Origin: an uncultured Lentisphaerales bacterium
Lineage (GTDB): Bacteria; Verrucomicrobiota; Lentisphaeria; JABSQK01; UBA12247
Reading direction: 5' to 3'
DNA: 64,000 bases
Assembly (NCBI GenBank): GCA_943788985.1
Contig: CALSSJ010000036.1
Span: 64,001-128,000, forward strand
In this document: piece after piece, positions 24,454 through 36,300 of the stretch
How positions within the stretch are numbered: position 1 is the first letter of the stretch
Layout of the letters: each line of letters begins with the position of its first letter
Translations under genes and position numbers: made by a program
Notes under the pieces: generated by a model
The model's database searches: none
What the model was told of the DNA's origin: nothing
Seen by the model: the letters and a program-made list of their open reading frames with translations, nothing else

Positions 24454-26766
24454 CTAGAAGTTGTATCCCAAGTTGAAATGCAACCGGCCCTCGTCCTCAA
24501 GGTGGTCCCAGGCGCGATTGATAGGCCAACCGTAGTCGACGCTGACTGCCCCGAGTTGCTTCACGAACAAGCGCAAGCCAACACCGGCGCCGACGTTCAT
24601 GTCACCAAATTCCCAGCTGTCCATCCAGACGTTACCCGCATCGACAAAGACTGCACCGTAAAGCTGCTCCGAGTAAAGCGGCGTATTCAACTCAGCAGTG
24701 GTCAGGAAGCGAGAGCGGCCACCGACCGGCTCGTCATGATGGTCGGCCGCGGTTGCGTTTACATCGCGGTCCGTCGGCCCTACGCTGCGTTCTTCGAAGC
24801 CACGAATGGTATGGGCACCACCGGCGAACAGCCGATCGAAGATGCTGGGCTCTGCGCCCTCGACCTTCTCAACTTGGCTCATCTCGGCAGAGAGTTTGAA
24901 GATACTGCGCTTGAATACTGGCCAATACTTCTCGCCACCAAGCTTCAGCTTGTAGAGAGTCGAATAGCTGCCAAGCGCCTCCGCCTGAAACTCACCATTG
25001 ATATTGATTCGGGAACCACTTGAAGGCATCACCGCCTTGTTGCGATGATCACGGACAAATCCCATGCTCAGAGCACTGACTAACTCGGAATCTTCCTCGT
25101 CTTTTGCGAACTCCGCACTGAAGGCGCTGTCGCTAACGTCACTAATCTCGATCTGCTCGAGGCGATATCCGACGGACTGACGCCAAAATGGCGTGCTCAT
25201 GGCGCGAGTCAGTTTGTAGCTGTTGCCGATACTGCGCTGATCGTACTCACGGTTTGCGCTGGTCTCCCGTAGCCAGAGCTCGGTGTCGAAACGAAGCTGA
25301 CGATCAAACATCCACGGCTCGGTAAATGCCAAGGTAAAGTTGGAGCGACTGGAGCCTGCCTCGGCCCGCAGACGAAAGCGCTGCCCGCCACCTCTGAAGG
25401 ATGGCCAGCCAAAGAGGTCGAAGTTGGTCTGAGACATCTCAACCGTACCGACGATGCTGTCCGTACTGGAGACACCTGCGCCAAAAAGAAGTTGCCCAGT
25501 GAGGGTCTCTTCTACCTCAACATCGAGGTCCTTAAAGCCAGCCTCTGGGGTCGACCGTGGGTGCACTTCTACAGACCCAAAGTAGCCAAGGTTCATTAGA
25601 GCTGCCTTGCTGGTCTTGACTTGGGAAGCATCAGCCAGGTCGCCGGGTTGGAGACGAAGCTCGCGACGGATGACGTGGTCTTTGGTGATCCGGTTGCCCT
25701 GGATATTGATGTTGCGAATGCGAGCCTGCTCACCTTCGAGCACCTGATAGACGACGGACACAGTATGGTCCGACTGGCTAGGCTCACGACGCGCAATGAC
25801 GCGCGAGTCCATGTAGCCTAGGGAGTTGTAATAGGCAGTGACCTTGTCGACGTCGCGGCGTTCCGTGGCACGGCTGTATGTCTGATTGGCGGCAAGGCTG
25901 ACAAACGGCTGAAGCGCTGCAGTGTCTTCCGCTTCATTTCCAGTAATGCTGACCTCGGCCACTGTGTAAGGACTGCCCTCATCAATCTTGATGGTCAGGA
26001 AGACCTTCTCGCCACCCTTGCTATGTTGCGCAGCAACATCGATCACTTTGAAATCTAGATAGCCTGCGTCCAGGTAAGCCTGGGTGACCGCATTCTGATC
26101 ACTATCGAAATCAGATTCGTTGTAGTATCCCATCGGCAGCATGAATCCCAGCCAGGAAACTTCGGTGTCCATCTTGGCGCGCAACTGGCGGTCCGAAAAA
26201 ACGGTATTCCCGATGAAGTCGACGCCGCGAGTCTTTGCCCGGCCGTTCTCCTCGATCAGATAGACGATGCGAATATCGCCGGTATCTTCGAGCGTCTCAA
26301 TCTTCTGCTCAATGTTGATGTTATTGTAGCCTTTCCCACGATAGAATGCGTACAGTGCTTCAAGGTCGGCTGACAGCTGTGTCTCATCCATCGGCAGGTT
26401 GGTTTCCTGCTCCAGTTGCTTCATCAGGCGCTTGGTGGCAAATGCTTCGTTCCCTTGAAGAACGATGGTGTTGATACGAGCCTTGGGGGTAATCGTGAAG
26501 ACCACGTCGATCGTGTCCCCCTGAGCCTGCTTGGCCTTGGCGACAACATCGTCAAACTGCCCGGTTTTGTATAGGCTCTTAATATCTTTCGACAGCTGTT
26601 CCTGAGAAAACGCAGCCCCCTCTACCAACAGAATGTGCGCCCGGACAACATCCGGTGATACATTTTGAGCTGTATTTGATTTGATGACGATTTTATTGAC
26701 GGTCGCGGCCATCAGCGTAAGACTCGTGGCCAGTATAACCAAGCCGACAGTAACTGCTCGAAACAT
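24454..26766 (-). CDS. bamA: Outer membrane protein assembly factor BamA
   Basis: Five POTRA-like domains, IRGF motif, terminal FNLGYNF; ATG 26766 with GGAG RBS. Confidence 0.95.
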   Translation of the reverse strand: MFRAVTVGLVILATSLTLMAATVNKIVIKSNTAQNVSPDVVRAHILLVEGAAFSQEQLSKDIKSLYKTGQFDDVVAKAKQAQGDTIDVVFTITPKARINTIVLQGNEAFATKRLMKQLEQETNLPMDETQLSADLEALYAFYRGKGYNNINIEQKIETLEDTGDIRIVYLIEENGRAKTRGVDFIGNTVFSDRQLRAKMDTEVSWLGFMLPMGYYNESDFDSDQNAVTQAYLDAGYLDFKVIDVAAQHSKGGEKVFLTIKIDEGSPYTVAEVSITGNEAEDTAALQPFVSLAANQTYSRATERRDVDKVTAYYNSLGYMDSRVIARREPSQSDHTVSVVYQVLEGEQARIRNINIQGNRITKDHVIRRELRLQPGDLADASQVKTSKAALMNLGYFGSVEVHPRSTPEAGFKDLDVEVEETLTGQLLFGAGVSSTDSIVGTVEMSQTNFDLFGWPSFRGGGQRFRLRAEAGSSRSNFTLAFTEPWMFDRQLRFDTELWLRETSANREYDQRSIGNSYKLTRAMSTPFWRQSVGYRLEQIEISDVSDSAFSAEFAKDEEDSELVSALSMGFVRDHRNKAVMPSSGSRININGEFQAEALGSYSTLYKLKLGGEKYWPVFKRSIFKLSAEMSQVEKVEGAEPSIFDRLFAGGAHTIRGFEERSVGPTDRDVNATAADHHDEPVGGRSRFLTTAELNTPLYSEQLYGAVFVDAGNVWMDSWEFGDMNVGAGVGLRLFVKQLGAVSVDYGWPINRAWDHLEDEGRLHFNLGYNF

Positions 26767-26801
26767 AGATAACTCCTGCTCTAACTCTTGGCCAAGTGGC
26801 A

Positions 26802-28214
26802 CTAGTCCAAAGGCACGTCTTCATCGGCGATGCGTGTCGCATTCTCGAATCGGGTATATTGCCCTATAAACATGAGTTTTACAATGCCTGTTTCACCATT
26901 CCGATTTTTCGCAATAATGACCTCAGATTCTAGGCCGGTAGGTTCATCGCCGTCCTCGTGTTCAATCGCCTGATCACGATCGCGATGCAGAAGCATCACA
27001 ACGTCAGCATCCTGTTCGATCGCACCTGACTCACGGAGCTGAGACAATTTGGGACGTCCACCCTGCTCCGCCTGCCGATTCAGCTGCGCCAGCAGCAGGA
27101 CTGGAACATCCATATCCTTGGCCATCGCCTTGATGTCAGACGAAAGCTTGGAGACTTCTTGCTCGCGGTTGGCGTTACGGCTCACTCCGGTGGCACGCAT
27201 CAACTGCAGGTAGTCAATCACAATGCAATTAACCTCATGATCCTGAGCGATCCGACGCGCCTTCTGACGCATCTCGATTGCCGACAACTGTGGCGTTTCA
27301 TCAATGAAGATTGGAAGCTTGGATAGACGATCGCCGGCATCCATGATGGTTCCCGCCCATTGGGCGTTCGTAAGCCGCCCGTCGCGAATGTCTCGAATAT
27401 TCACCCGCGCCTCACTACAAAGCATGCGCACTGCGACTTGAGCAGCACCCATTTCCAACGAGAAGAAAATCACACCCTTGCCATCTCCAGCCACATTTCG
27501 GGCAATGTTCATCGCCAACGCGGTCTTGCCAATGGACGGGCGTGCAGCGAGAACGATCAACTCCCCGCGACGCAGCCCGTTGATTTTGAAGTCCAAATCA
27601 TACCCGGTGGGATAGCCGCGTGCATCTGAGCTGCCCTTGGTCAATTGTTCCAAGTGTTCGACGGCATCGTGCATCAATTCGTTCATCGGAACAGCAGGCT
27701 TATCGGTCCGGGCCGCACTCACGTCCTGAATCCGCGATTCAACATCATTCATGAACCCGACGATGTCTTCTTGGGGTTCAAAGCAGGAACGACTGATCTT
27801 CGTACACTCACTGATCAAACGCCGCAGCACCCACGCCTCGTAGGCAGCGTCCAGATAGGTCTCGAGATTAGATGCAATTGGCACCACGTTCAACAGGTAG
27901 GATAAGTACTCTGCGCCACCGATTTTACTCAACAGCCCTTGACGGTCCAGGTAGTCAGAGATTACGACGAAATCGATTTCGCGCGGCTCTAGCATGTCGC
28001 GCATCGCGCGAAAAGCTTTGTAAATCAGCCGATGCTCAGCCGTGTAAAAGCAGCTTTCATCCGGCAGCCTGTGAATGACAAGATCGATCGTATGCTCTGC
28101 CTCTCCGAGGACGCAGGACAGGACCGCGCGCTCGCAGTCCAGGGCTTGAGGCAGTGGTTTGTCGCCGAACAACGGCGCGGGCATTTCTTCTTCGTTCACG
28201 TCATTTACTTCCAA
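26802..28214 (-). CDS. dnaB: Replicative DNA helicase
   Basis: AARPSIGKT, FSLEM, IDYLQLM, QLNR, LRESGAIEQDAD, AKNRNG. Confidence 0.98.
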   Translation of the reverse strand: MEVNDVNEEEMPAPLFGDKPLPQALDCERAVLSCVLGEAEHTIDLVIHRLPDESCFYTAEHRLIYKAFRAMRDMLEPREIDFVVISDYLDRQGLLSKIGGAEYLSYLLNVVPIASNLETYLDAAYEAWVLRRLISECTKISRSCFEPQEDIVGFMNDVESRIQDVSAARTDKPAVPMNELMHDAVEHLEQLTKGSSDARGYPTGYDLDFKINGLRRGELIVLAARPSIGKTALAMNIARNVAGDGKGVIFFSLEMGAAQVAVRMLCSEARVNIRDIRDGRLTNAQWAGTIMDAGDRLSKLPIFIDETPQLSAIEMRQKARRIAQDHEVNCIVIDYLQLMRATGVSRNANREQEVSKLSSDIKAMAKDMDVPVLLLAQLNRQAEQGGRPKLSQLRESGAIEQDADVVMLLHRDRDQAIEHEDGDEPTGLESEVIIAKNRNGETGIVKLMFIGQYTRFENATRIADEDVPLD

Positions 28215-28331
28215 CTGGCCAGGATTGTCCGGTATCAGTAGTTCACCGCGCGACTTCGTCGTTGCAGCCTGCCAGAGTTAGGGACCGCGCATGCCCAAAG
28301 GCGGAGGATCTGAGCGCCTGATGGCGCCACC

Positions 28332-29426
28332 CTACCGCTTAACCCAGAGCCCCCACAGCCCCAACCCCTGGCAGAGCAGGTTCGGCACCCACACAAGCAC
28401 CTCCGGGTGAGCGGCGCCCTGGTCTTCGATCGATTGCACAAAGGAAATCAGCGCGAAGTAGATCATGGGCGTGATGATGCACAGGAACAGAGATTTAGTA
28501 TTGTCCCGGCGCGAATGCTTCACTGCGAGCGGAATCCCAAGCAAGATCAAGGAAAACGGAGCCAGCGCTAGCGCGGCTCGCAACTGAATCTCCACCAGCA
28601 GTTCGGTGGTATCCAGCCCTCGCTCCCTATAAAGGGCGATATTCGCAAAAAGCTGCCCCGTGCGCATGCGCCCAGTGCCCTCGACCAATCGCTTTGAGTC
28701 CAGTTTATCCCCGTAATAGAGCGGAAAGCGGCACTCTCCAGCCTTCAGGCGAGATGTTTTCTCCGAGTCGAACGGGTCCTCCTTACTCGGCTTGTGGATG
28801 GTCGCGTCATACAGCACCAGATCGATCTTTTTGGCCCGATCGTCCACGATCACCTCGCCCCGACCGGCATTGAACTTCTGGATTCCACGCTGTTCATCAA
28901 ACACCACAACATGAATGTCGCGGACTTCATCCTCGTACTTTTTGCCCACATAAACTGTATACCCGTCGAACAGCTCAATGAATTGCCCTTCCACCAGAAG
29001 ATCGAGCGGATTCTTGATCGCTTCCGACTTAGCCTTCCACCGGGCCAACGCATTGTGTTCGGGAATCACTTGGAACTGAAGATATGTGCAGAGCCCGCTG
29101 ATCAACACAGCCAAGAGCATCACCGGGGCAGCAATCTGAAACAGACTGATTCCAGCGGAGCGCAGCGCACTGAGCTCGTGCTCGGCGCTGAGTGTATTGA
29201 AGTAGATCACTGTTGCAAAGAACAGGCTCAGCGGCAACGTAAAACCAAGAACCTGCGGAATCCGATGTGCCACCAGACCGAGCAGAACCGGAAGCGGCAC
29301 CCCTTTTGACAGCAGATCAAACACCTTTGCCAATTGCCCTACGAGCATGACAAACGTCCCAACCACCACAGCGAGCGCCAGATACATGCCCACTGTCTTC
29401 CACGTATATCGGCTAAGAATTCCCAT
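28332..29426 (-). CDS. LptF/LptG family LPS export permease
   Basis: MGILSRY, ELSALRSAGIS, 3+3 TM layout, WVPN. Confidence 0.9.
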   Translation of the reverse strand: MGILSRYTWKTVGMYLALAVVVGTFVMLVGQLAKVFDLLSKGVPLPVLLGLVAHRIPQVLGFTLPLSLFFATVIYFNTLSAEHELSALRSAGISLFQIAAPVMLLAVLISGLCTYLQFQVIPEHNALARWKAKSEAIKNPLDLLVEGQFIELFDGYTVYVGKKYEDEVRDIHVVVFDEQRGIQKFNAGRGEVIVDDRAKKIDLVLYDATIHKPSKEDPFDSEKTSRLKAGECRFPLYYGDKLDSKRLVEGTGRMRTGQLFANIALYRERGLDTTELLVEIQLRAALALAPFSLILLGIPLAVKHSRRDNTKSLFLCIITPMIYFALISFVQSIEDQGAAHPEVLVWVPNLLCQGLGLWGLWVKR

Positions 29427-29438
29427 AGTCCACCGCGG

Positions 29439-29999
29439 ATGAGTCCTTCGTTGCATTCCACTATAACGGCCCAGCCCCCGAGCCCAGTCCAAATCGCGAT
29501 CGGGCTAGGCGCCAACATCGGTGACCGCGTGGCCGCCCTAAACGCTGGCGTCCGTCATTTGGAAAAGGTCGCTGACAATATCGCCTGTTCGTCGGTATTC
29601 GAATCGCCGCCGCTGGATTGTGAAAAGACAGCTGGCCCGTTCCTTAATATGGTACTCACCGGCACGACCCAACGCTCCCCCATTGAGCTACTCGCACACT
29701 GCCAGGATATGGAAGCAAGAATGGGGCGAACACCGCGACGAATGCGCACAACTGGTAGCTTTCAATCCCGCAAGCTGGATCTAGACATCCTGCGCTACGG
29801 AGATTTCAACTGCACGACACCAGAGCTGATCCTGCCGCACCCTGAACTTCGATTCCGGCCATTCGTGCTACTGCCACTCGCTCAGCTCATGCCCGACTGG
29901 CAGATTGATGGCGGCCCTTCACTCGCAGATCTGGCAACCGTATTCCGAGACCGGGGCTGTACGATTCACCCCTGCGAGCTCCGCGGCTCAGAGGAATAA
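29439..29999 (+). CDS. folK: 2-amino-4-hydroxy-6-hydroxymethyldihydropteridine diphosphokinase
   Basis: IGLGANIG, FLN, RKLDLDIL, LPHP..RPFVLLPL; start uncertain. Confidence 0.93.
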   Translation: MSPSLHSTITAQPPSPVQIAIGLGANIGDRVAALNAGVRHLEKVADNIACSSVFESPPLDCEKTAGPFLNMVLTGTTQRSPIELLAHCQDMEARMGRTPRRMRTTGSFQSRKLDLDILRYGDFNCTTPELILPHPELRFRPFVLLPLAQLMPDWQIDGGPSLADLATVFRDRGCTIHPCELRGSEE

Positions 30000-30076
30000 T
30001 CGTAGAAGTTGCGGAAAAGCGATTGAAGGATCGAAGAACCGAGGTAACTTACCCGCTTGCCGAGAGGTAACTAGGT

Positions 30077-30153
<77 letters not shown>

Positions 30154-30364
30154 TTTCTGGCCTACAGCTTCCAGGACCGTTGCGATAGGATCGCAACACG
30201 CTCCCAGCCAGAACGCGTTCTGTTCAAAGGGTCTGGCTGCCCGGCCCCAACCATCATGACCAGAACGCCACAGCCAGCAGAACCCCATGCAGTCTCATAC
30301 GGTTGGTTGTGAAATACACTTTGTGAACTAGTAGTACCGACCCTACGCACGCACAAGGATTTCT

Positions 30365-33300
30365 ATGGCTCAACGCGCTCAACGTGCAGCTCTGAACGAG
30401 TTGCTAGCAGACCGCGATCTGCAAGTTCAGATCGAATTGGAAGACACTCTTTCCCAGCAGAGGGGGTTACCGCACCGTCGCTCCGGCAGTCGCTACGACG
30501 TCGGCGACTTGTTGGGCTCTGAGGCAACGGGCGATGTCCATGTCGCTAGGGATTGCGAGAGCGGCCGCGTGGTGGCCATGAAGGTATTGCGGGCCAGCGA
30601 CCTCTCGAATGACTCGATGGTGGCCCGTTTTGCTGAAGAAGTGCAGCTACAATCCCAGTTGGACCACCCGGGTATCTGCGCCGTGCACGACGTGGGCGTC
30701 ACGGACGACGGGCTCCCCTATTACACGATGCGCCGTGCGACTGGGCTTTCGCTCCAAGACATTCTGAACCGACTGGTTGCCGGAAATCCGGAAGCCGTGG
30801 CACGATATACGCTCCAGCATCTTGTCGAAATTTTCCATCAGATCTGCGACGCAATCGCCTATGCCCATCGCCAGGGGGTTCTCCATTGTGGCCTTTCGCC
30901 GTCAGCCATCCACGTCAATTCCTTCGGCGACGTCGAAATTGGCCGCTGGGAACTCGCAGAACTTACCGGGCGCCAGCGCACGCCGATCAGGCGCGAGGCA
31001 GAGCCACAAGACGAAGAAGAAGAGGCGCCGAGTGGTGGCAGCCCGACATCCATGGCCCGTTGGGTTGTACAAACCGGTCTGGGCAAAAGCGCAGCGCGTC
31101 CAGACGGCATAGACGTGCTTCACCCCGCCCCAGCATTTGCAGCCCCGGAGCAGGTTTCTGGAGAGCGCGCGACCGTGACGACTGATGTCTACGCGCTGGG
31201 CGCAATCCTCTATAACATTGTTTACCTGCGCCCTCCGGTCGCGGGCCAAAATGACCGCGAGGTACTTGCCGCGATCGAAGCTGGAAACATTGCCCAGCCC
31301 GCGGCTGGCGTCGCGATGCGCCACGCTAGCGACATGCCAGTGCCAGACGAACTGGCTGCCACAATGGCTAAAGCACTCAATCTCCTGCCCGACTCACGCT
31401 GCCTGTCTGTCGCAGAACTGCGCCACGCCGTAATTCTTCCCACGCCAACGAACGCTCCAGTGCCAGTTAGCTTCGCCAGCGACCTTGGCGGATTGGCCAA
31501 GAGTTCCCCGGGAAAACTGTTCGTTTTTGCCGCTGCCCTAGTCGCCATCGGCCTTGCCGTAGGTGCCATGTCTCTTGCAGGCAACGACGGCAAGAATAGC
31601 GAATCCAAAGAACGCATCGCAGCCCTCAACGTTGAGTTGGCCGCCACGACGAGTTCCCGAAACAAGGCGCTTGCAGAATTGAGCCAGGCCAAGAACATGC
31701 TTCGTGAGGGACCGGATGCCGATGGCATTGCAGACGCTCAGAAAGAGGCGAAGGCTGCACGCGAGTGGGCGGATACTGCTCGACGCGAGGCGCAGGCATC
31801 CCGCGAAAATGCGGATCTGGCCACGGAACAGGCCGAGGCCTACGCACGGGAGATCGACACGTTGCGCAAAGAGGCAGTGAAATTGCGCCAGGAAATGGAG
31901 CTTACGCGCCGAAGCAACAACAACACAAGCGTCGACTCCGGACTGCAAGCCAAGCTGGCCGATTCCTTGGAGAGTATCGCACAACTCAAGGATCGCGCAG
32001 AAAAAGCGGAGCTAGAAAGCACGACCACCGCTGCGGATCTCATGGCTGCTCGCGAGCAACTTAAAGCCGTGACGACGAAACTGACCGGTGCCCAGACCAA
32101 ACTGCAGTCCGCGGTTGCGGTCAGCGACAGTGGGGCCTCATCCAAGGCATTACGCGATCAGCTACAGAAACTCAGTAAGGTCAATCAGGAATTGCTCTCT
32201 CAGATCGACCAACAACGTCAGGAACTCGTAGAGGTCGAGCAGGCAAAGACCGCCGTCGCGGCTGCCTCAACTGCGCTCAAATCTACCACGGCTGAGCTCG
32301 CGGGGGCCGCCGAAGAAGCTGAAAAGTGGAAACTCGAAGCCAGGAACGCACAGCGCGCCAAGGAACTTGCCACGCGTGAAATCACAGCGTTGCGTGAGAA
32401 GACCGGCGAGATCATGCGCCGTCTCGAAGCCCGGGATCAAGAAGTGGTTCGGGCGCAAATTGCACTCGCCCAAAAGGAGAAGGCGTATCAGGCGGAGCTT
32501 GAAGCAATCCGTACGAGCAAGACCGCCACCGGTCAGACACTCGACGCGAGTCAGGCTGAGTTGGCGTCCTTTCGAGATCGCCTACAAACCGCCCAGCAGG
32601 AACTAGCCAAACAAACCGACGCTCGTGACAAGGCCCTTGCCCGCGAATCCGCGTTGCACCGTGCGTTGGAAGCCACCAAGCAGGACCAGGACCGCATCGC
32701 CGCCACTCTCGCAGGCACCACCGAAGAGGCTGCAAAGTGGAAGCTCGAAGCCGGAAACGCACAGCGGGGCAAGGAACTTGTCGCCCGCGAACTCACAGCA
32801 CTGCGCGAAAAAAACGCCGAGATCACGCGCCGTCTCGAAACCCAGGATCAAGAAGTGGTCCAGGCGATAAATGCGCTCGACCAAAAAGAGAAAGCGTATC
32901 AGGCTGAGCTTGAAGCAATCCGCACGAGGAAGGCCGCTACAGATCAGACACTCGAGGCAAGTCAGGCCGAGTTGGCTTCCTTTCGTGATCGCCTACAGAC
33001 GGCTCGGCAGGAATTGGCCGAGCAGACCGAGGCGCGTGACAAGGCTCTCGCTCGCGAGTCTGCGTTGCACCGTGCGCTGGAATCCGCCAAGCGGGACCAG
33101 GACCGCACTGAGACGACTCTCCAAGAGCTTCAAGCCGCACTCGACAAGACAGAGGCATCAAGCACAAAACTTGCTGCGGACCTCGCAGCTGCGAAAACGC
33201 GCGCCACCACTGCGGACGACCAAGTCGCACGTCTCGCAACAGTGAACGGTGATCTCGCCCACCAGCTGGAGGAAGCCAAGGTCCGGGCCGAAGAAGCGAT

Positions 33301-36300
33301 GGCGCTGGCGAAGCCTGCAACGGAAGAAGCTGGTCTCGCCATGAAGCAAGCCCAAGTCGCCCGCCAGGCGGCTGAGACAGCGAGAGCCGAGGCAGATATC
33401 GCCAGAGCCGAAGCAGACCTTGCCCGAAAGGCCGCAGATGTCGCCAGAGAGAAGCAGGAAGAAGCAGAAGTTGCCATCGCCAATTCAGAGGCAGCCCAAC
33501 GCCAGGCGGCGGACAATGTAGCCAAAGCCAGAGCCACTGCTGCGGCAGCAGCTGGGCGGGCAGATGTGGCAGAGGAAGTAGCAGCAAAGGCCAAGGATGC
33601 GGCGCGCACGGCAAAACGCGGTCAGGCTGCCACTGCCGCTGAGCGGGACGACCTGCGCGCAGAGCTAAACAACCTGCAGACTACGCTCAGCGCGCTAAGC
33701 AACCAGTTCCAAACTCTGAACGAGGACGCAAAGCGCCTTAAGGCCAGTGAAGCCGAGCTAAGGACAAATCTGGATGGCTCCCAGCAGCGGGCACTCACCG
33801 CAGAAACGCAGCTGGCCGAGCTTACAGAGACCGCGGAGCAGAGCAAGCAGGATCTGGCCGAAGCCCTTACCGCCGCAGACAATACCGCCGCACAAGCCAA
33901 AGACCTGCACCAGCAGCTTGCCAACCTCACGGGAGAGTTTGAACTCCTGAAGAAGGCTCGCCTGAAGGCGATGGAGGAATCGGGCGCGTCGCTAGCTGAG
34001 GCCAATGAAGCCAGAGCACAGATGGAAGAGATGCGCAAGAGCTTGACAGAGGCACAAGCTACCTTGGCGCTGGCTCAGGATGCGCAGCGCCAATCGGAAG
34101 AGGCAAGAGATGCTGCGCTGCTGGCTCGACATGCCGCGGAGAAATCCGACGACGACGCAAAAGTAGCCGCGCAGCAGGCGCTTGAAGAAGCCAACCGGCA
34201 GCAGGTTGCCGCAGATAAGGCGACAGCAGACGCAGAGGATCACAAGGCCCGTTCAGAAGCCATGGCGCAGCAACTCGCAGCCGCCAAAGAACGGGTTGCA
34301 GCCCTCGAGCAAGCCGCTGATGAAGCGCTCCTTCTAGCCCAGAGGAATAAGCAGGAAACCGCGCAATCCAGCGCAACGCTGGCAGCTGCTCAAGTCAAGC
34401 TGGACAAGACAACCGCAGAGCTAGCGTCCCTCAGAGAAGAACGCAGTAAACTCCTCGATACTGTCCAATTGCTGAACGGACAGCTTGAGACCGCCCGACA
34501 GACCGCCACAACCGCGGATGCTGATCGCACTGACAGCCGTCGGCAACTGGCGGAGGCCAAGGCGCAATTGCAGGATATAGCAGCAAGAGCCGACACGCTA
34601 CGGGAAGCTGCCACAAGCAGCGTAGCCGAGTCGCAGGCCAAGATTGTCGTGCTGGAAGGCAAACTGGCCACACTGACTGAAGAATCAGCGGCGCTACGGG
34701 CAAACGTTGCCGAGGCCAGGACACGAGACGAGGCAGCCCAAACTGCAATGCGCAGTCTGGAAACCCAGAGCAAGCAGCTTACCCTGCTGAAAGAGAGACT
34801 CGAGACCACCATGGTGGCATTGGAGGCATCCAAGGCGACGCTTGCCGAACAGGAAACGGCTCAAGCCGGCTCAACAGCACAAATTACTGCCCTTCGCAAG
34901 CAGCTAGCGGCCCAGCAGGCCTCCATCGAAAACTATGAGTTGGCAACCGACGAGCGTGTGAAAATGGCCTTGGCTGATGTTGCTGGCCGACAACAGGCGC
35001 TGGATGACGCAAAACGCCAGACGGATGAGCTCACGGTATTACTCAGGGCTACAAGGAATGAGCTGGGCGAGGCACAGCGAAAATTTCTGGAGCACCAGGA
35101 AGCGGCCAGCCGCTTCCGCCGCCAGATTGCCGTCCTAGAAAAGACAACTCAAGACGAGACGGCCGCTCGCGCCGAGCTGAGCGAGCTCCTCAACACAGCG
35201 ACCGAGAATACCGAAGCACTCACGATACAGCTCCGGGCGTTGGACGGAGATAAGAAGGGTTATGCCGCGAAAATAGACCAGGCAGAGAGAGAGCGCCAGG
35301 CCGCAGAGCAAGCACGGACCGCCGCGCTGCTGCAAGCCAATGAGGCTGTTGCCCAGCGCAAGGCTGCCGAGGAAGAAGCAAGACGCACTCGCGACTCCTA
35401 CGAGCATGCCCAAGCATCTTGGGTAGAGTCACAATCCATGGCTGAAAATCTCCGCAACCAGCTAGGCGAACTGCGCCGCGAGCAGGCGTTGGCAAGCAGC
35501 AGCAACGCCCTAGCAGTCTGGCAGGCCACGGCTGAGCAACTCAAGATCGAGCTTAAGAAGGCGAACGCCGATTTGGCCCGTCTGCGCAGCGAGCAGCAGA
35601 GCACCCGTGCGACCACACCGACACTTGCGGGCACCCGCCTCCCCACTCGGGTTGTGCCAGTAGCAGCGCCAAAGCTGAGCGACGCCCAGCTCAAAGCGAA
35701 GTTGCTGAGCGCTGAGAAACTGCTACAGTCGCAAAACAGCGGCCTCCAACTCGAAAGCCCCATCTTTAACGTCAGTGAAGGCAAGGTCGAAGTCCGCTTG
35801 AGCAATAAGCCTAATCTGGTCGACATTTCTGCCCTGAATGGCCTCCCGATCACGCATCTGTATCTGCAGGGAAGCGGCATTCGGGACTTGAACGGCGTAA
35901 GCAGAATGCCATTGCGCGTCTTGAACCTATACCAATGTCGTCGCATCGGAAACTTTGCGCCGCTGCGTAGCAAGCGGCTCATTGAGCTGGACGCCACCGA
36001 CACCACGCTGAACGATCTCCGAGTTCTTGCGGGTATGCCGCTAACTCGTTTGTTCCTCGATGGCACCTCGGTCCAAGACCTACTGCCACTTCGAGGCATG
36101 CCCCTGACGTACCTTTCCCTTAACAAGACCCGCATCACCGACCTGACCCCGCTTCGCAGCATGCGCCTGCGCACCCTGAGCGCCACCGATACCAACGTCT
36201 CCGACATCAGCATACTGTCAGGCATGCCACTTCAATCGCTCGGCCTCAGCCGTACTCTCATTTCCGACATTTCGCCGCTTCGTGGGCTGGAGTTACACGT

